DNA of 64,000 nt from Polymyxa betae A26-41 (taxonomy: Eukaryota; Protista; Endomyxa: Phytomyxea), in the NCBI GenBank assembly GCA_003693705.1, contig RBZT01000267.1:124001-188000 (forward strand), in the 5' to 3' direction. Each line of letters opens with the position of its first letter. The first letter of the stretch is position 1. The position numbers and the translations under genes are program-made. Under the pieces are notes generated by a model. It did no database searches. It was not told where the DNA came from and worked only from the letters and a program-made list of their open reading frames with translations. Below, in pieces: positions 12,082 to 23,523 of the stretch.

Positions 12082-12561
12082 AGTAAAGCGCAGTCTTTAT
12101 TGCTGTATACTGATAGAGACGACATCATCGATTCGTTAAACAGCAGCTGAACCGACCTCGGCAGCGATAGTTTAAACGCAGAGTATTCAAAAGAGCCTAT
12201 CAGCTTCTTGCCGGTCGGTTTCCGTCTGCAGCACACGTAGTACTGTTTTCTCGCCTGGATGGTTATCCTCATCTCTAGACCTTACAGCCAGGGGCGCGGT
12301 TCCATATCTCTTTACCCAAGGACCGGGCTCCTGTCTAACAGGCACATCGGTCTGTAAACTTCCACGACTCCCTCCGGTAACTGCTTCATTAAGTTAATCC
12401 ACTGCTTATGTTAGTGAAATGCCTGATAAGCGCCATTTAACGATTCAAGCTAGTCAGGGTGAACTAAGTAAGGCGCTTTGTTAGATTTTGGATTATAGCT
12501 AACGACGAGGCGAATATTTAAGGACTCGTAGTGGAAGAGTTATTACAAACTGGACGCGCTA
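12082..12561 (+). ncRNA. Candidate large structured non-coding RNA (family unassigned)
   Basis: No credible ORF; more than 10 nested helices found by eye, with G-U pairs favouring the + strand (see findings). Confidence 0.55.
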
Positions 12562-13051
12562 CCCTTTAATTCATTGTATCTCTCTAGCAGCTATTGCATT
12601 TCATCTTCTATATGACATTATGATTCATTTCAGTCGCTGATCTCATTATTATAAGCGTTTCAGATAAAAATGGGATAACATATATGAAAACTGTTGACAG
12701 AGTTTTCTCGTGATGCAATTACAACTACATGACTGCCCCGAGTCATTGTAGATGCTTGCTATAAACGTAAAGGTCACCCACAATCTAAGGCTACAACGTT
12801 TGATTGAGTAATAATCTCAATTGGCACAGTCTAATTATATCTTGGAAGCCGAATTGCATCGTTGCGTCTGTCGTTATCGACCTGATACTCGATAGCTTCA
12901 TCATTCATGGCTATGTTACTAATAAATAGAGAAATGGAGAGGAGTGCTGCAGACGTTCACGAAATCAGCTTCAAGAATAGTGTGATGCCAGAAATATCAA
13001 AATGGACGCGGGTGTGTTGTAGACAGTCCGATCTTATCATAAGTAGTGAAG

Positions 13052-13950
13052 ATGGGCGCATCTGACTCCAAGTTGCAATCTGTATCAAGCGCTTGGAGGG
13101 TAATCGATGTTCGCCCAGATTCGCCTGCTGCCAAAGCACGTCTGATCCCATATTTCGACTTCATTATAGGTGCGAAAGACGTCCAGTGGGTAAGCAGTTC
13201 ATTCTGGTCAGTTTATTGGCATGACATTGCTAGCATAGTCCAAAGACGAGACCGCCTTATTCTCTTGCATTGAGTCCTATCTTGATAAAGAACTAGGTTT
13301 GCGCTTGGATCAAAACACTTTATTCATTTTTGGATCAATTTTAACAGAGCTTAGTATCTATGATACTAGAAACGGAAGCATTCGGCACTGTACTATAACC
13401 CCATCCAGAAATTGGGGAGGAGACGGGTTGCTTGGGCTTGTAATCAAACATGAAGAAATAGATCCCGATGAGCCGTTATACTGCATTCGAGTTCTGGATG
13501 TGTTCCCTGATTCGCCTGCGAGCGATGCTGGTCAGTTCGCAACCAGTAACGAAAGCAGCATGATCACAAAATTATAGGATTGAAAGCATTCGAGGATTTC
13601 CTGTTAGGGTCGCCGAACTTGATATTTCGAGGAATGCAAGATCTGGAATTTACTTTGGAAAACGCCAACTGTCAGCCTTTCGAAATCTGGGTAACGTTTT
13701 GCATTGTTAATATGAGATTTCTAAACGTGTTTCTCGGCTTTCAGTGTTATAACTCAAGGACATGCTCAGTTCGAGTTATAACCGTCAGGTCTTCTGAGCC
13801 ACTAACAGAGCGAAGGTCAGTATTGCATCCTGGATCATCGTTTTTAGCTGATCATGGCTCAGTTTTGGATGCGAGCTTGATTTTGGGCCGGAGACCATAA
13901 TCCCTGCTGATAATCGTCCGGTTCGATTACAACTGGAACAGCCAAGATAG
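13052..13950 (+). CDS. GORASP: GRASP55/65 Golgi reassembly-stacking protein
   Basis: Myristoylatable MGASDS; PDZ-like WRVIDVRPDSPAAKARLIPYFDFIIG; ITPSRNWGGDGLLG; RVLDVFPDSPASDAGL. Confidence 0.9.
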
Positions 13951-14429
13951 GCAAACTCCATTCACATTAAATTCGTGCAAAGCCGGCTTCAAGCCCGGCT
14001 TTATTACTATTATCGAAGGTCCCAAAGCAATCGTAAAGACTCCAAACTCGACGCAGTTGGGGTCGAGCACCGGTAGCTGGCATTAGGCAATAGCCGAACG
14101 AGCTGTGAATCATGCTATAATGATTCTGTGACCTGTATCGAATAGCCTGCCTATATACGCTTAGATCGATGAAGAGGTCTGGATTCTGAAGAGTGTGAAG
14201 ACGACTTGCTGCGCAGTGGCCTCCCTCCCACCTCTTCCTGCCTCGCCTCGTTACTGATTTTCAAACCATCCTATCGGTTAGCTACAGAATTTGGACATTT
14301 CATTTCATCTAAATTAACACGCCTAGCGAGCAATAGCTGGGCGTCTTACCGGTGCCCGGACGTCGGTTTCCTTTCCGGAACCTCCGTTTTGTCGAGGTTG
14401 AGAAACCGCCAGGCTGGAGTCGAAAGAAA

Positions 14430-17400
14430 ATGGGTAATGAGCAAGGCAAGCAGGGCAGCGGCCCCGCTAGCCGTCTAGCAAATGCATCGAAATCGTCGAA
14501 TTTGTTGAGCTCAAACACTGGACGGGGCCGTCTGCCCGACGTCAGCTCGCATTCTCCAGCTGAGAGCGACCGAGACGATTCTTCGAAAGCATCAGCGGCG
14601 ACAAAGCGTCCTATGCCCGATGTTGAAGGCATGACTTATATGATCATGAAATTGGGCTCTCTATGACTTTTATACAGAAGTGAATGCATTGTTTGAAAAC
14701 TTCATTGCCGAGATGGCTTTCAAAGATGCTGCTGTTGAACAAATGAGAAAAATGCCAGCAGATAAAAAATGGGACCTTATACTTCCTTCTCTTTCGAAAT
14801 CTCAAACTGCTGAAAAACCAGCGGCCTACTGGGCATCGACATTGGATGCTGACCCTCCCACTCAAGTATAAACTGAAATGTTGATCTCTGCTCGGTCCTC
14901 ACCTCTATATCACAGGAAATATTCTTAACGCTTCGTCCCGTTATCAATTCAAACGGTCGTAAATGGATCCAGGAGTTTGTAGAAGCTCAAGGTCTTAAGA
15001 AACTGATGCAAGCCGCCTACAAATCACATTTTACTTACAAAAACGATGCTGTTCTTTTGGCGTCAATCCAATGCGTGAAGGTATTGCTTGAACGCTTGTG
15101 TTTACTCTGTGATCAAAAGTTCCTTAACAGGGCTTCATGAGCAACCAAGTTGGAATGGATTACTTTCTTACTGAGCCAGAAGCAACTCAGGAAATCGCCC
15201 TCTTGTTTGACGCCGACTCCATTGATGTCAAGCGGATTATTCTGCAAATGCTGTAAGCACATACGCGTAAAGACCATTTATCAAACAAGACATTAATGTC
15301 TGTAAAGCGCTGTGCTTGCATGGCTTGCTGAGAATGCGGGCGTTGACGCACCTGTGGTTCTTGCGTTTAACCATTATAAATCTGTAATTGGCATCAATGA
15401 GAACAGGTGATCTATCCAAAGAAGTATCAAATGCTGTAAAGCTGGTACTAAACACTCCTAGGTTCTATCCTTTAGTGAATGCCCTTCGTTGTATCCACCA
15501 TCCAGGATTTCAAGTCGATGTCACGGTTTTCATCAATACGCTGATTAATGCATGTAATCTTCTAGAAGATCGTGTCGCTATCCGGCGAGATTTCCTAGAA
15601 CTTGGTTATCTCGATATTATAAATCGCCTCCGTGGCGATATTGCCACAGCGGGTACGTTATTCTGCCAATTGTTCTAGATGTGCTAAAGTGTTTCTTAGT
15701 GGGATTTGATGCGGATCTCCAATTGTTAAGAACGGGTTTGGATGTCTTTGAATCAGAAATGTTGAACGATCAACGAGCAGTTCTTTGGAATTCTATCGAT
15801 ATGTCAGACCCCGTCTTGATCTTCGGTTATTTAAGAGAAATGGCCCGCGTCGATGGCCATACCAACCATTTTGTGACTGTCCTCCAGCAATTACTATTAA
15901 TCCCGAAAGACCCAACATTATCCGACATCGCTTGGCAGAACATCCAGGTAAACGAGGTTCGCCGATACTGGAACATAAAATGAAACAGGGTTAAGGGCAT
16001 CATTCGGATTGCATGTACGGGTAAGAACAGTCCATCAGATAAGGATGGATTCCCCAGCAACAAAGTTGCGAAGTTTCTTACGTTCGAGCAACTTGTTGCT
16101 CTGCTTCAGCAACAACAGTCTAAGTCTGACCGTCTCTGTGTCTTATTGCTGTCGTTAACTCTGGGATGAATAGAACGATTGATGCTATGCCAATTTCGAA
16201 GGAAACTGCCAAGAAATTGGAAGAGAATGAACGGAAGCTGAAGTCATTTGCTCGTTACGAAACCGAATCGAACGACCTGCGGGCCGAGCTTGAACAGGCT
16301 AAAACGAAAATGGCTGAACTTACCAGCAGCGATAAAATGTTACAGGAACTTACTTCTCTTCGTGCTGAGGTACTTGGTCACTCTCTCCTCTGTTGCTTTT
16401 TAAAGTGTTTTTTGCAGAATCAAGCGCTGAACGCTCGTATAGCCGAAACTGAGGCGCGCCTTAAGCAATCTGGAGATGCTTCAAGTTCAGCCGTGTACGG
16501 TTCGAGAATCTGCATTTTTGTTATAATGATGTGAATGCTAGACCGCTGGCACCGCCCCCTCCGCCTCCTGTGCCTGGAGCTCCTCCACCTCCCCCATCAC
16601 CTGGAGCTCCTCCGGTACCTGGCGTACCAGCTGCACCACCGCCACCTGGTGCACCGCCGGTACCAGGAGCTCCTCCACCGCCCCCGGCTCCAGGTGCTCC
16701 ACGAGCTGTTTCTGCTCCAGGTACAAGTCGCATTACCTCATGTCGCATTTATGTAATATTTTGACAGGAGCTCCACCCCCTCCTGCCCCTGGCATGACAG
16801 CAGTACCAGTTGTGAAACCTCAGGATGCAGTTCCCCCGGGCCTGAAACCTAAGCCTAAGCTGCCACCGAACAAGTTGAAGAATCTTCATTGGTACACGCC
16901 CTCAGTTTCCGCTGTTTATAAGTCTCTTATAAAGCCACAGGACTCCGATTCCAAACCAGCAGATTGCAGATACTGTATGGATGAAGCTAAACGATCGCGA
17001 TGTTAAACTCGAAATATCAATGTTTGAGGAAGCGTTTTCTAAAGTCGAAAAGTCTGTTGCCGTAGCTGATACAGCTGCAAAGAAAAAAGTCCCATTCGTT
17101 AATCCGATTGGTAGTTCTCTTACATTCATGTTTTCAGGCAGCTATCCCCCAGTTTGTCAAATTGGTCGACGAAAAACGATCTTATAACATCGACTTATCT
17201 CTGGGTTTGTCTGACAAAGAAAGTTGTCACCTGTGCTGAATTATTGGGTAGCTCGTTTTAAAGTCACTCCGGAGGAGATTCGTGATGCCGTTTTTGCTAT
17301 GGATTCCGATCTTCTCAATCAAAGCCATCTGCAAAAGCTCAAAAACTGTGTACCTACTGCTGAAGAAATTGAAGCGGTATGAAGTGCTTCTTAATCTTAG

Positions 17401-18822
17401 CATGCGATTTTAATTTGTTTCAGGTTCGGTCATACGATGGTGATGTCAACCTTCTTGGCAATACTGAGAAGTTCTTCCTTGCTCTCTCCGATGTTCCAAA
17501 TATCGAAGGGCGAGTAGATGTTTGGCTGTTTCAGCAAAGTTACGATGAGCTTTACAATGAGGTGATTGATTCTCTCTATCTCGGAAATGACTTTAACCGT
17601 TTTGGAACAGGCGTCCAGGAAGATCACATTGGTGAAGACTGCTCTTAAAGATCTTGAAGAATCCGAATCTTTCCAGCAACTGCTCCGTTTGATATTGGCA
17701 GTTGGAAATCTGATGAATGGTGGTACATCAAAAGGCCAGGTATCATCATGTAGTTGAATTTAACAATATTGAAATCCTATTTCTCTATAGGCATACGGAT
17801 TTAAGCTTTCAACTTTGAGGCAATTGGAATCTACCAAGACCAATGACAACTCGAAAAGTTTACTGCAGGTGCTAGTTCAACACGTTAACAAACACGCACC
17901 ATCAATAAGAAACTTCACGAATGAGTTCTCTAGTGTAGCAGAGGTTGGGATTGTGCATGTTGGCCTTCTTTCAATTAAAAAATATTTTACGCTCTCAGGC
18001 GACACGGATTGAGTGCGATCCTTGTTTAGCTGAAATTAGAAACTTGACTGCCTATATGAACAAGATCAAATCCCAAATTGCTGCTTTCAATGATGCGACT
18101 GGCGGTAAAGACAAATTCAAAAAGGTCATGCAGGCTTTTTATGACGAGAAATCCGCACAGGTATCCGAACTTGTTGATATTAGACCGCAATCTTAATTTA
18201 ATCATTTTCAGGTAGCAGAACTTCAAAAGTTAGCTGATCAAGTTCTTGTCGACGTTGACCGAATCTGCGTTTCCTTTGGTGAGCCTAAGGGGAAAACGAA
18301 ATGGGAGACGTTATTCGCCACGTTTGCTGAATTTTCCGAGATGTATCAAAAAGCCGAAAAAGGCTTAGAAAAGCTTCGAATAGACGTATTAAGCTGCCTG
18401 TTGTGCTTTTATTGTGTTTGATATCGCGTTTCTTCAGGCAGAGAAAGCTCTCATTAAAGAGGAAAGAGAAGCGCAAAGGCAAGCCAAGCGTGGCTCCAAA
18501 CCATTATTGGATGCCAATGCTCGTAATGATGCAGCTGGCATGGTTGATGGCGTTTTCGATGCACTGAAAGGCGCAGCCGGTTCCAAGACTCTTTTGGAGC
18601 AACTGAAAGCAAGAAGAGCAGGTCAGGAGATATTCTGTTTTATAATCGAATTTTGCACTCATTCCGAGGTACGTAGGGGCTGGTGGCAGCGTACAAACTC
18701 GGGATAAGGACGAGTCAGACAATATCGAATCTTCAAATCAAATCTCACGTCATGGAGCTTATTCGCAACCAAATCAGTTACCTGTTGGAGATTTCCGATC
18801 ATTATTAAAAAAGAAAACGTAA
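14430..18822 (+). CDS. Formin (GBD/FH3, FH1, FH2), many introns
   Basis: MPADKKWDLI (GBD), FINTLIN...RVAIRRDFLELG (FH3), poly-Pro FH1 at about 16545-16800, FH2 KLKNLHW, ILAVGNLMNGG...AYGFKLSTL. Confidence 0.93.
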
Positions 18823-19052
18823 TATTTATGCTAGTCTACATATGCTATTCGGCTAGTTAAGAAACATACGACCATGCAGCATACATTATCTATCGCCTCG
18901 CCTGATCGACGAACATTCACTGAATTTAATTTCATAAATTTCAAAAGAAAATCCGCCACGGAGTTAATGTGTTGACCTGAAGACGCGGTCCATCCAATAT
19001 CTGGATTTGATAGTCAGGCTCCCTCTGTGCTAACTCCTGAAGTTTTGATAGA

Positions 19053-19713
19053 ATGGGTGCCGCTAAACCCAAATCGAAACATGTTCCCAAGAATCGAAAG
19101 CTTTCTGGGAAGTCTAGGGCTGCGAATCGTCCCAAGCTCATATCTTTTAATGAAGAATCTAGAATGTAAACATCAATCAACTTGTTTGCGAGATTTCCAA
19201 CATTGCTTAGGGATTTTATTACTGGGTTCCGAACCCGTCGACTCCAACGTCAGGCTGAGGCCAAAAAAGCTTTAGAGCAAAAAGCTAAAGCTGATCGTGT
19301 AAGGAAACGGAAGGACGCTAAGCAAGCTCGGGATGAATACTTCGAGCAGTTGCACCCATCCATGTATAAAGACCACAAACTTATCGACTCTTTAGATGAA
19401 CAGGTACATCTATGTATGTCAAATCCGGGAACTGCTCTGACCCTGAAATGTTCAGGAAAATGAAACAGAGCCACAAGAGATCGTTCAAGAGTTTAGTGAT
19501 GACGAACATAACATTGTAGTTGTTAAGACCTCTAATGATATCGTTCTGGATGTGGACCTTCACGACGCCATTAACCAATGCGACGTCCCACCGGAACATG
19601 TACTTGAAAACACACAAGAGTGTCCAATCAGATTACCCAAAAGTAACCGTTTAAAAAATATCAAGAACAGGAAACAATTGAAGAAGTCTTTCAACAGGAG
19701 TAGAAGTAAATAA
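19053..19713 (+). CDS. NOL12: Nucleolar protein 12 / RRP17-like
   Basis: ISFNEESR|MDFITGFRTRRLQRQ matches the NOL12 motif FDEEKRREYLTGFHKRK; followed by a coiled coil and basic tail. Confidence 0.8.
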
Positions 19714-19760
19714 AAATTGACCGAAAATAGAGATAAACGCTGTATTATGTTAGCATTTGA

Positions 19761-21398
19761 TTAAGTATATCGTTGAGCTAAGCCGGAGACTATATCAGAA
19801 GCAGCACCGGTCAGCTGCGAAACTGATTTCTTTATGGTCGACAGGTCGATGTTAGACAGTGACCTAAATAGAAAGGTCACAAGATGCAGATTGGAATAGA
19901 AACTGATACACTGATGGCGATTGTGGAGGAGGTCTCCCGAAATAATCATCGCTGGATAACGATGATGTATTTCCGTAATAGTGAGATGCAGATTGCTGAA
20001 AACCTAATTCGGCAGGGTCTCCGTCGACGGTTTCAAAGTACTGCACAATCACAGGTCGTGATTAAATGACATTGAACGTTAAATTCTGTCAAACCTGGGA
20101 GGAGGAAATCGCTTTGCTGTTAGCAAAGCGATTGACCGTTGGTTTCGCCACCGGCTTTTCAGCAGGCTGTATGTAGATAAATAATTCGAAATCGAAAACC
20201 AATCGAGGCAAAGCTACCGCTGGTAAAGGTTCGGATGGCGGTGGAGCAGGGGTTGTCTTGGGCAGAAGACTCTCATTCCTGCGTTGTGTAAATTCATTAT
20301 CAAAGCTTTCCAATTCACGTGTAGAAGGTGTAGCCAGAATTTGAGACGAACCCGGCGCCGCCGAGCCGAATCGGCTCTTACTTCCAGTTGAAAGCAGAGC
20401 GGCTGTGAACCATTAACACGAAAGCCAATCAGCATTCTTCTATATCGTATACCGGTCCCACGCGATGGCATCTTTTTCGAGCTCGAGCTCAAGTTCGGCT
20501 TATTAGAGCGGTCGCGGTGCAGTACGACCGGCTGGGGTGCTGGCGCAGGGTCCGGTTTCACAACTGCTGGCGTCGTTCCAGAAGCTGATTTTGCAGCCTG
20601 ATTTTCATGAGCTACTTAAAGAGCTGTCGATATTATCCATACGGCTGTTTGAATGTTTACGATGGGCTTGATAACGCTCGTCTGGCTGAAACCGGCTGAA
20701 ACTATGAACATGCGTTATGGGAGACGACAAACAAGAACCGGCCGTACTGTTCGATGATGACATTTGATCAATTAGAGCATCGAGACCGCACGATGGGGCA
20801 TTTGAGGCATTGGCTGGCGATGGCAAATCCGTTTTCGCATCTGGTTCAATCAATCTATGGCGACATTATCGATGAGATAATTGGGGGTTTGAAGAAACGC
20901 CACAGACGGTGCATCGCGATCGAGCTGGGCTTTGTATGTGCGAGCTGCACGAGATTGATATTTGACAACCGCATTAACACCAGTTGTGGTGCCCTGATCG
21001 TCAACCCAGCCATACGATCGAAAGGCTTCGCGAGCTTTGCCATTTCCGCCAGCTAGCATTCTCTGCATCTGATCCCATCTCCATCCGTCCAGAACTGTTG
21101 ACCTAGAATGGCTTTGAGCCAGACACAATCAAATACTTGGTGGTAGGGCATGAACCTGACGAATGAAATGTGAACGCCAAGGCGCCTGTGAACGGCACTG
21201 CAATCAATGCATAGCAATACGCCATAGGTAACTGAAGCCCATGTAGGGTTCTTGGCTGTGCAATCGAAACAAACCTAAGGCACAGGGCTCTGAGTATCGG
21301 AGCAGGGCGAGTCGGTCGCTGGCACCAACCTTGTTATCAGACTGGCGTTTAATCTTGTTGAAATAGCGCTGGACGTCAGCCTGGGTCAGGTCGTCCAT
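19761..21398 (-). CDS. ArfGAP of the GLO3/ARFGAP2-3 type
   Basis: [17 protein letters not shown]...[24 protein letters not shown] zinc finger, GGNGKA, and Glo3 motif [15 protein letters not shown]. Confidence 0.9.
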
Positions 21399-22382
21399 GA
21401 TGGGCTCCCAGGATCTGCTTGATGACTAGATGATATGATAATGATAGAGAATAGAGTAGCCCGAGGGTCCCTTTCCTATAAAGAGAGAAGCACCCCAGCC
21501 CTGGACCCCAATCATGCCCCATTACACGTAATCTATATACAGAAGTATTCTACTGCTGGACTGTTATGCAGCTAATTTCAGCTCACTGGTATTGATTTTG
21601 GAAAAAAATCGTTTTTTTATGATTTTCTGCTGATATTTTCGATTTTAATAGGGAAGGATTCTGTAATATATTCTTGCAATTGTTGCAATCTCTATACAAG
21701 ACGATTGCAAGGGATCCTGACACAGCCTGTGTTGATAACACTACCTTTTAGATCTAAAATCTAATACTTTATTTCTAACAGTGACGTAAACTGAAAACGT
21801 TTGTAGCACCATTGGTCATATGTCTGCAATTTCAATGAGGCTGATGAACATACTATGAAGTCCAAATAAAAACACAAAATCCTGTACGAGCGAAGTGCTG
21901 AACAAATGCCCATGGTTGCTGGATATATCGGATGGATGTAGTGGTTGTGATCATGAACAGAACAGAACATTCTTATAGACATTCAAGCGCTCCATAATAT
22001 CTATCGAATATTCAGGGGATGAACACTTGCCGAACTATTGCTGATCGGTCAGTTTTTTATCGAAAGAGCGAAATGAAAAGGAATTCGACTTCCTGGGTTA
22101 CAGTGGCAATAAATGAAAGCCCCAATGACGGTATGACCTCCTATAATGATGGCTCTTGAATTCAGAGGTTAAAGGGTCAAGAAAACACCAACTTCCGTTA
22201 TGATTGCATTTGAAAAACACCTTACCAACCTGAGGAGTCGCTCAAAATGCGTGGTTTGTTTGCGATTTGAACGATATTACAGCAGCGAACATCATCGCGC
22301 GGCAATCACCATGGTCAGATGGTCATGGGATGACAGCGCTGATCCGGTGAAGGGCGTTGCTTCCCCCCGACGCAAATCCTGG

Positions 22383-22698
22383 CAATGGAATGATGGCCGG
22401 GCGGGCTGTGCGTGTTCCTTGACTTCCCTCCCGTAAACGGGCCGCCCCATGCGTAGGTACCCGGGTCACGTTACATGCTACCATGTCAGACTTGACATTG
22501 ACTAAAACCCTAACCAAAGGACGACCACACGGGGAATAGATAGCGCGCAAATGAGCGATGATGGCCGTGGGGTCTGTCAGGGCCGGCCCCATGACCCCAG
22601 CCACTTTCCCAGTCAAGCCCAAATCTATCATTGCTGTAATCTCTGCAACCAGGGGCTTCGCCTCTGCCAAGCGTCGTAGCCGACCCCGGGCTCCATTG
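22383..22698 (+). ncRNA. Candidate telomerase RNA core (template/pseudoknot domain)
   Basis: Hairpin 22483-22498, then CTAAAACCCTAA 22502-22513, then pseudoknot-compatible helices, all inside long-range helices (see findings). Confidence 0.4.
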
Positions 22699-22699
22699 A

Positions 22700-23284
22700 A
22701 TGGACGACCGCACCACTGACGACGTCCAAGGCCCGCCGTCTAGAGCATCGGTCACCTGCGATGTCTGTGGCAAGCAGTTCTCTCGATCTTGGGTTCTCAA
22801 GACCCATATGCGAACTCATACAGGCGAGAAACCCTTTGAATGTTCTACTTGTCGTCGTGGATTTGCGCAACTTGGTAATCTTCGTGTTCATGAGATGACA
22901 CATCGTGGTGAGAAGCCATATGGCTGCGATGTTTGCTCCAAGAGATTCCTGAAATCCAGCGGCCTGAAATCTCATTATCTGACACATAGCGGCGACAAGC
23001 CTCATATCTGTTCCGATTGTGGGAAGGCGTTCCGGCAGCGTGGCGGTCTTATCGCTCATGAACGCATTCATTCGGGTGAGAAGCCGTATGAATGTGAAGT
23101 CTGCATGCAAGCATTCCGAACTAGTAGTAGTCTGAAAATACATACAAGGACACATACTGGTGATAAACCATATGTATGTGATATATGTGGAAGCTGTTTC
23201 GCCAAGGCTATCAGTGTCAAGAAGCATAAGGAGGCCATTCATCAACATCAGCCACAACCGAGGCCAGGCACTACCTCGGGCTGA
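22700..23284 (+). CDS. C2H2 zinc-finger protein, six tandem fingers, intronless
   Basis: Six CxxC...HxxxH units with HTGEKP-type linkers. Confidence 0.93.
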   Translation: MDDRTTDDVQGPPSRASVTCDVCGKQFSRSWVLKTHMRTHTGEKPFECSTCRRGFAQLGNLRVHEMTHRGEKPYGCDVCSKRFLKSSGLKSHYLTHSGDKPHICSDCGKAFRQRGGLIAHERIHSGEKPYECEVCMQAFRTSSSLKIHTRTHTGDKPYVCDICGSCFAKAISVKKHKEAIHQHQPQPRPGTTSG

Positions 23285-23523
23285 CCCCTGATCTCTGTCT
23301 ATAACTTGCTGTTTATTATCTATGAAATCTGTAATCTATTAAGCTATTGTAATCTGGTCTGCATTTCTCTCAATAAGCGATTTTCTTTAATCCCAATGAG
23401 CGATTTTTTACAAATTTAGAAAAAATGCAATCATATCAACGTTACACAACTGATGTGTTACATTGCAATGTGTTGATGGTGTATTGAGTGCGATCTTCTG
23501 TCTCCGGCGTCATTTCTCTAATT

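Noticed and set aside
12082-12561. Hammerhead ribozyme, group I intron, SRP or canonical RNase MRP assignment
   Set aside because: No CUGANGA/GAAA core, no P7 motifs, no SRP helix-8 motif and no GARAGUCCC with bulged U in the right place.
13978-14001. Hairpin AAAGCCGG/CCGGCTTT resembling a bacterial terminator
   Set aside because: Eukaryotic 3' UTR context; a single small hairpin with no supporting evidence.
16545-16800. GC-rich repeats and Gly-rich antisense ORFs
   Set aside because: Explained by the poly-proline FH1 domain of the formin.
21560-22200. Degenerate coding relic in an intergenic gap (similar gap at 28500-29150)
   Set aside because: Short stop-interrupted frames with no recognisable motif.
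22628-23257. 209-aa antisense ORF
   Set aside because: Typical shadow ORF of a C2H2 zinc-finger array.
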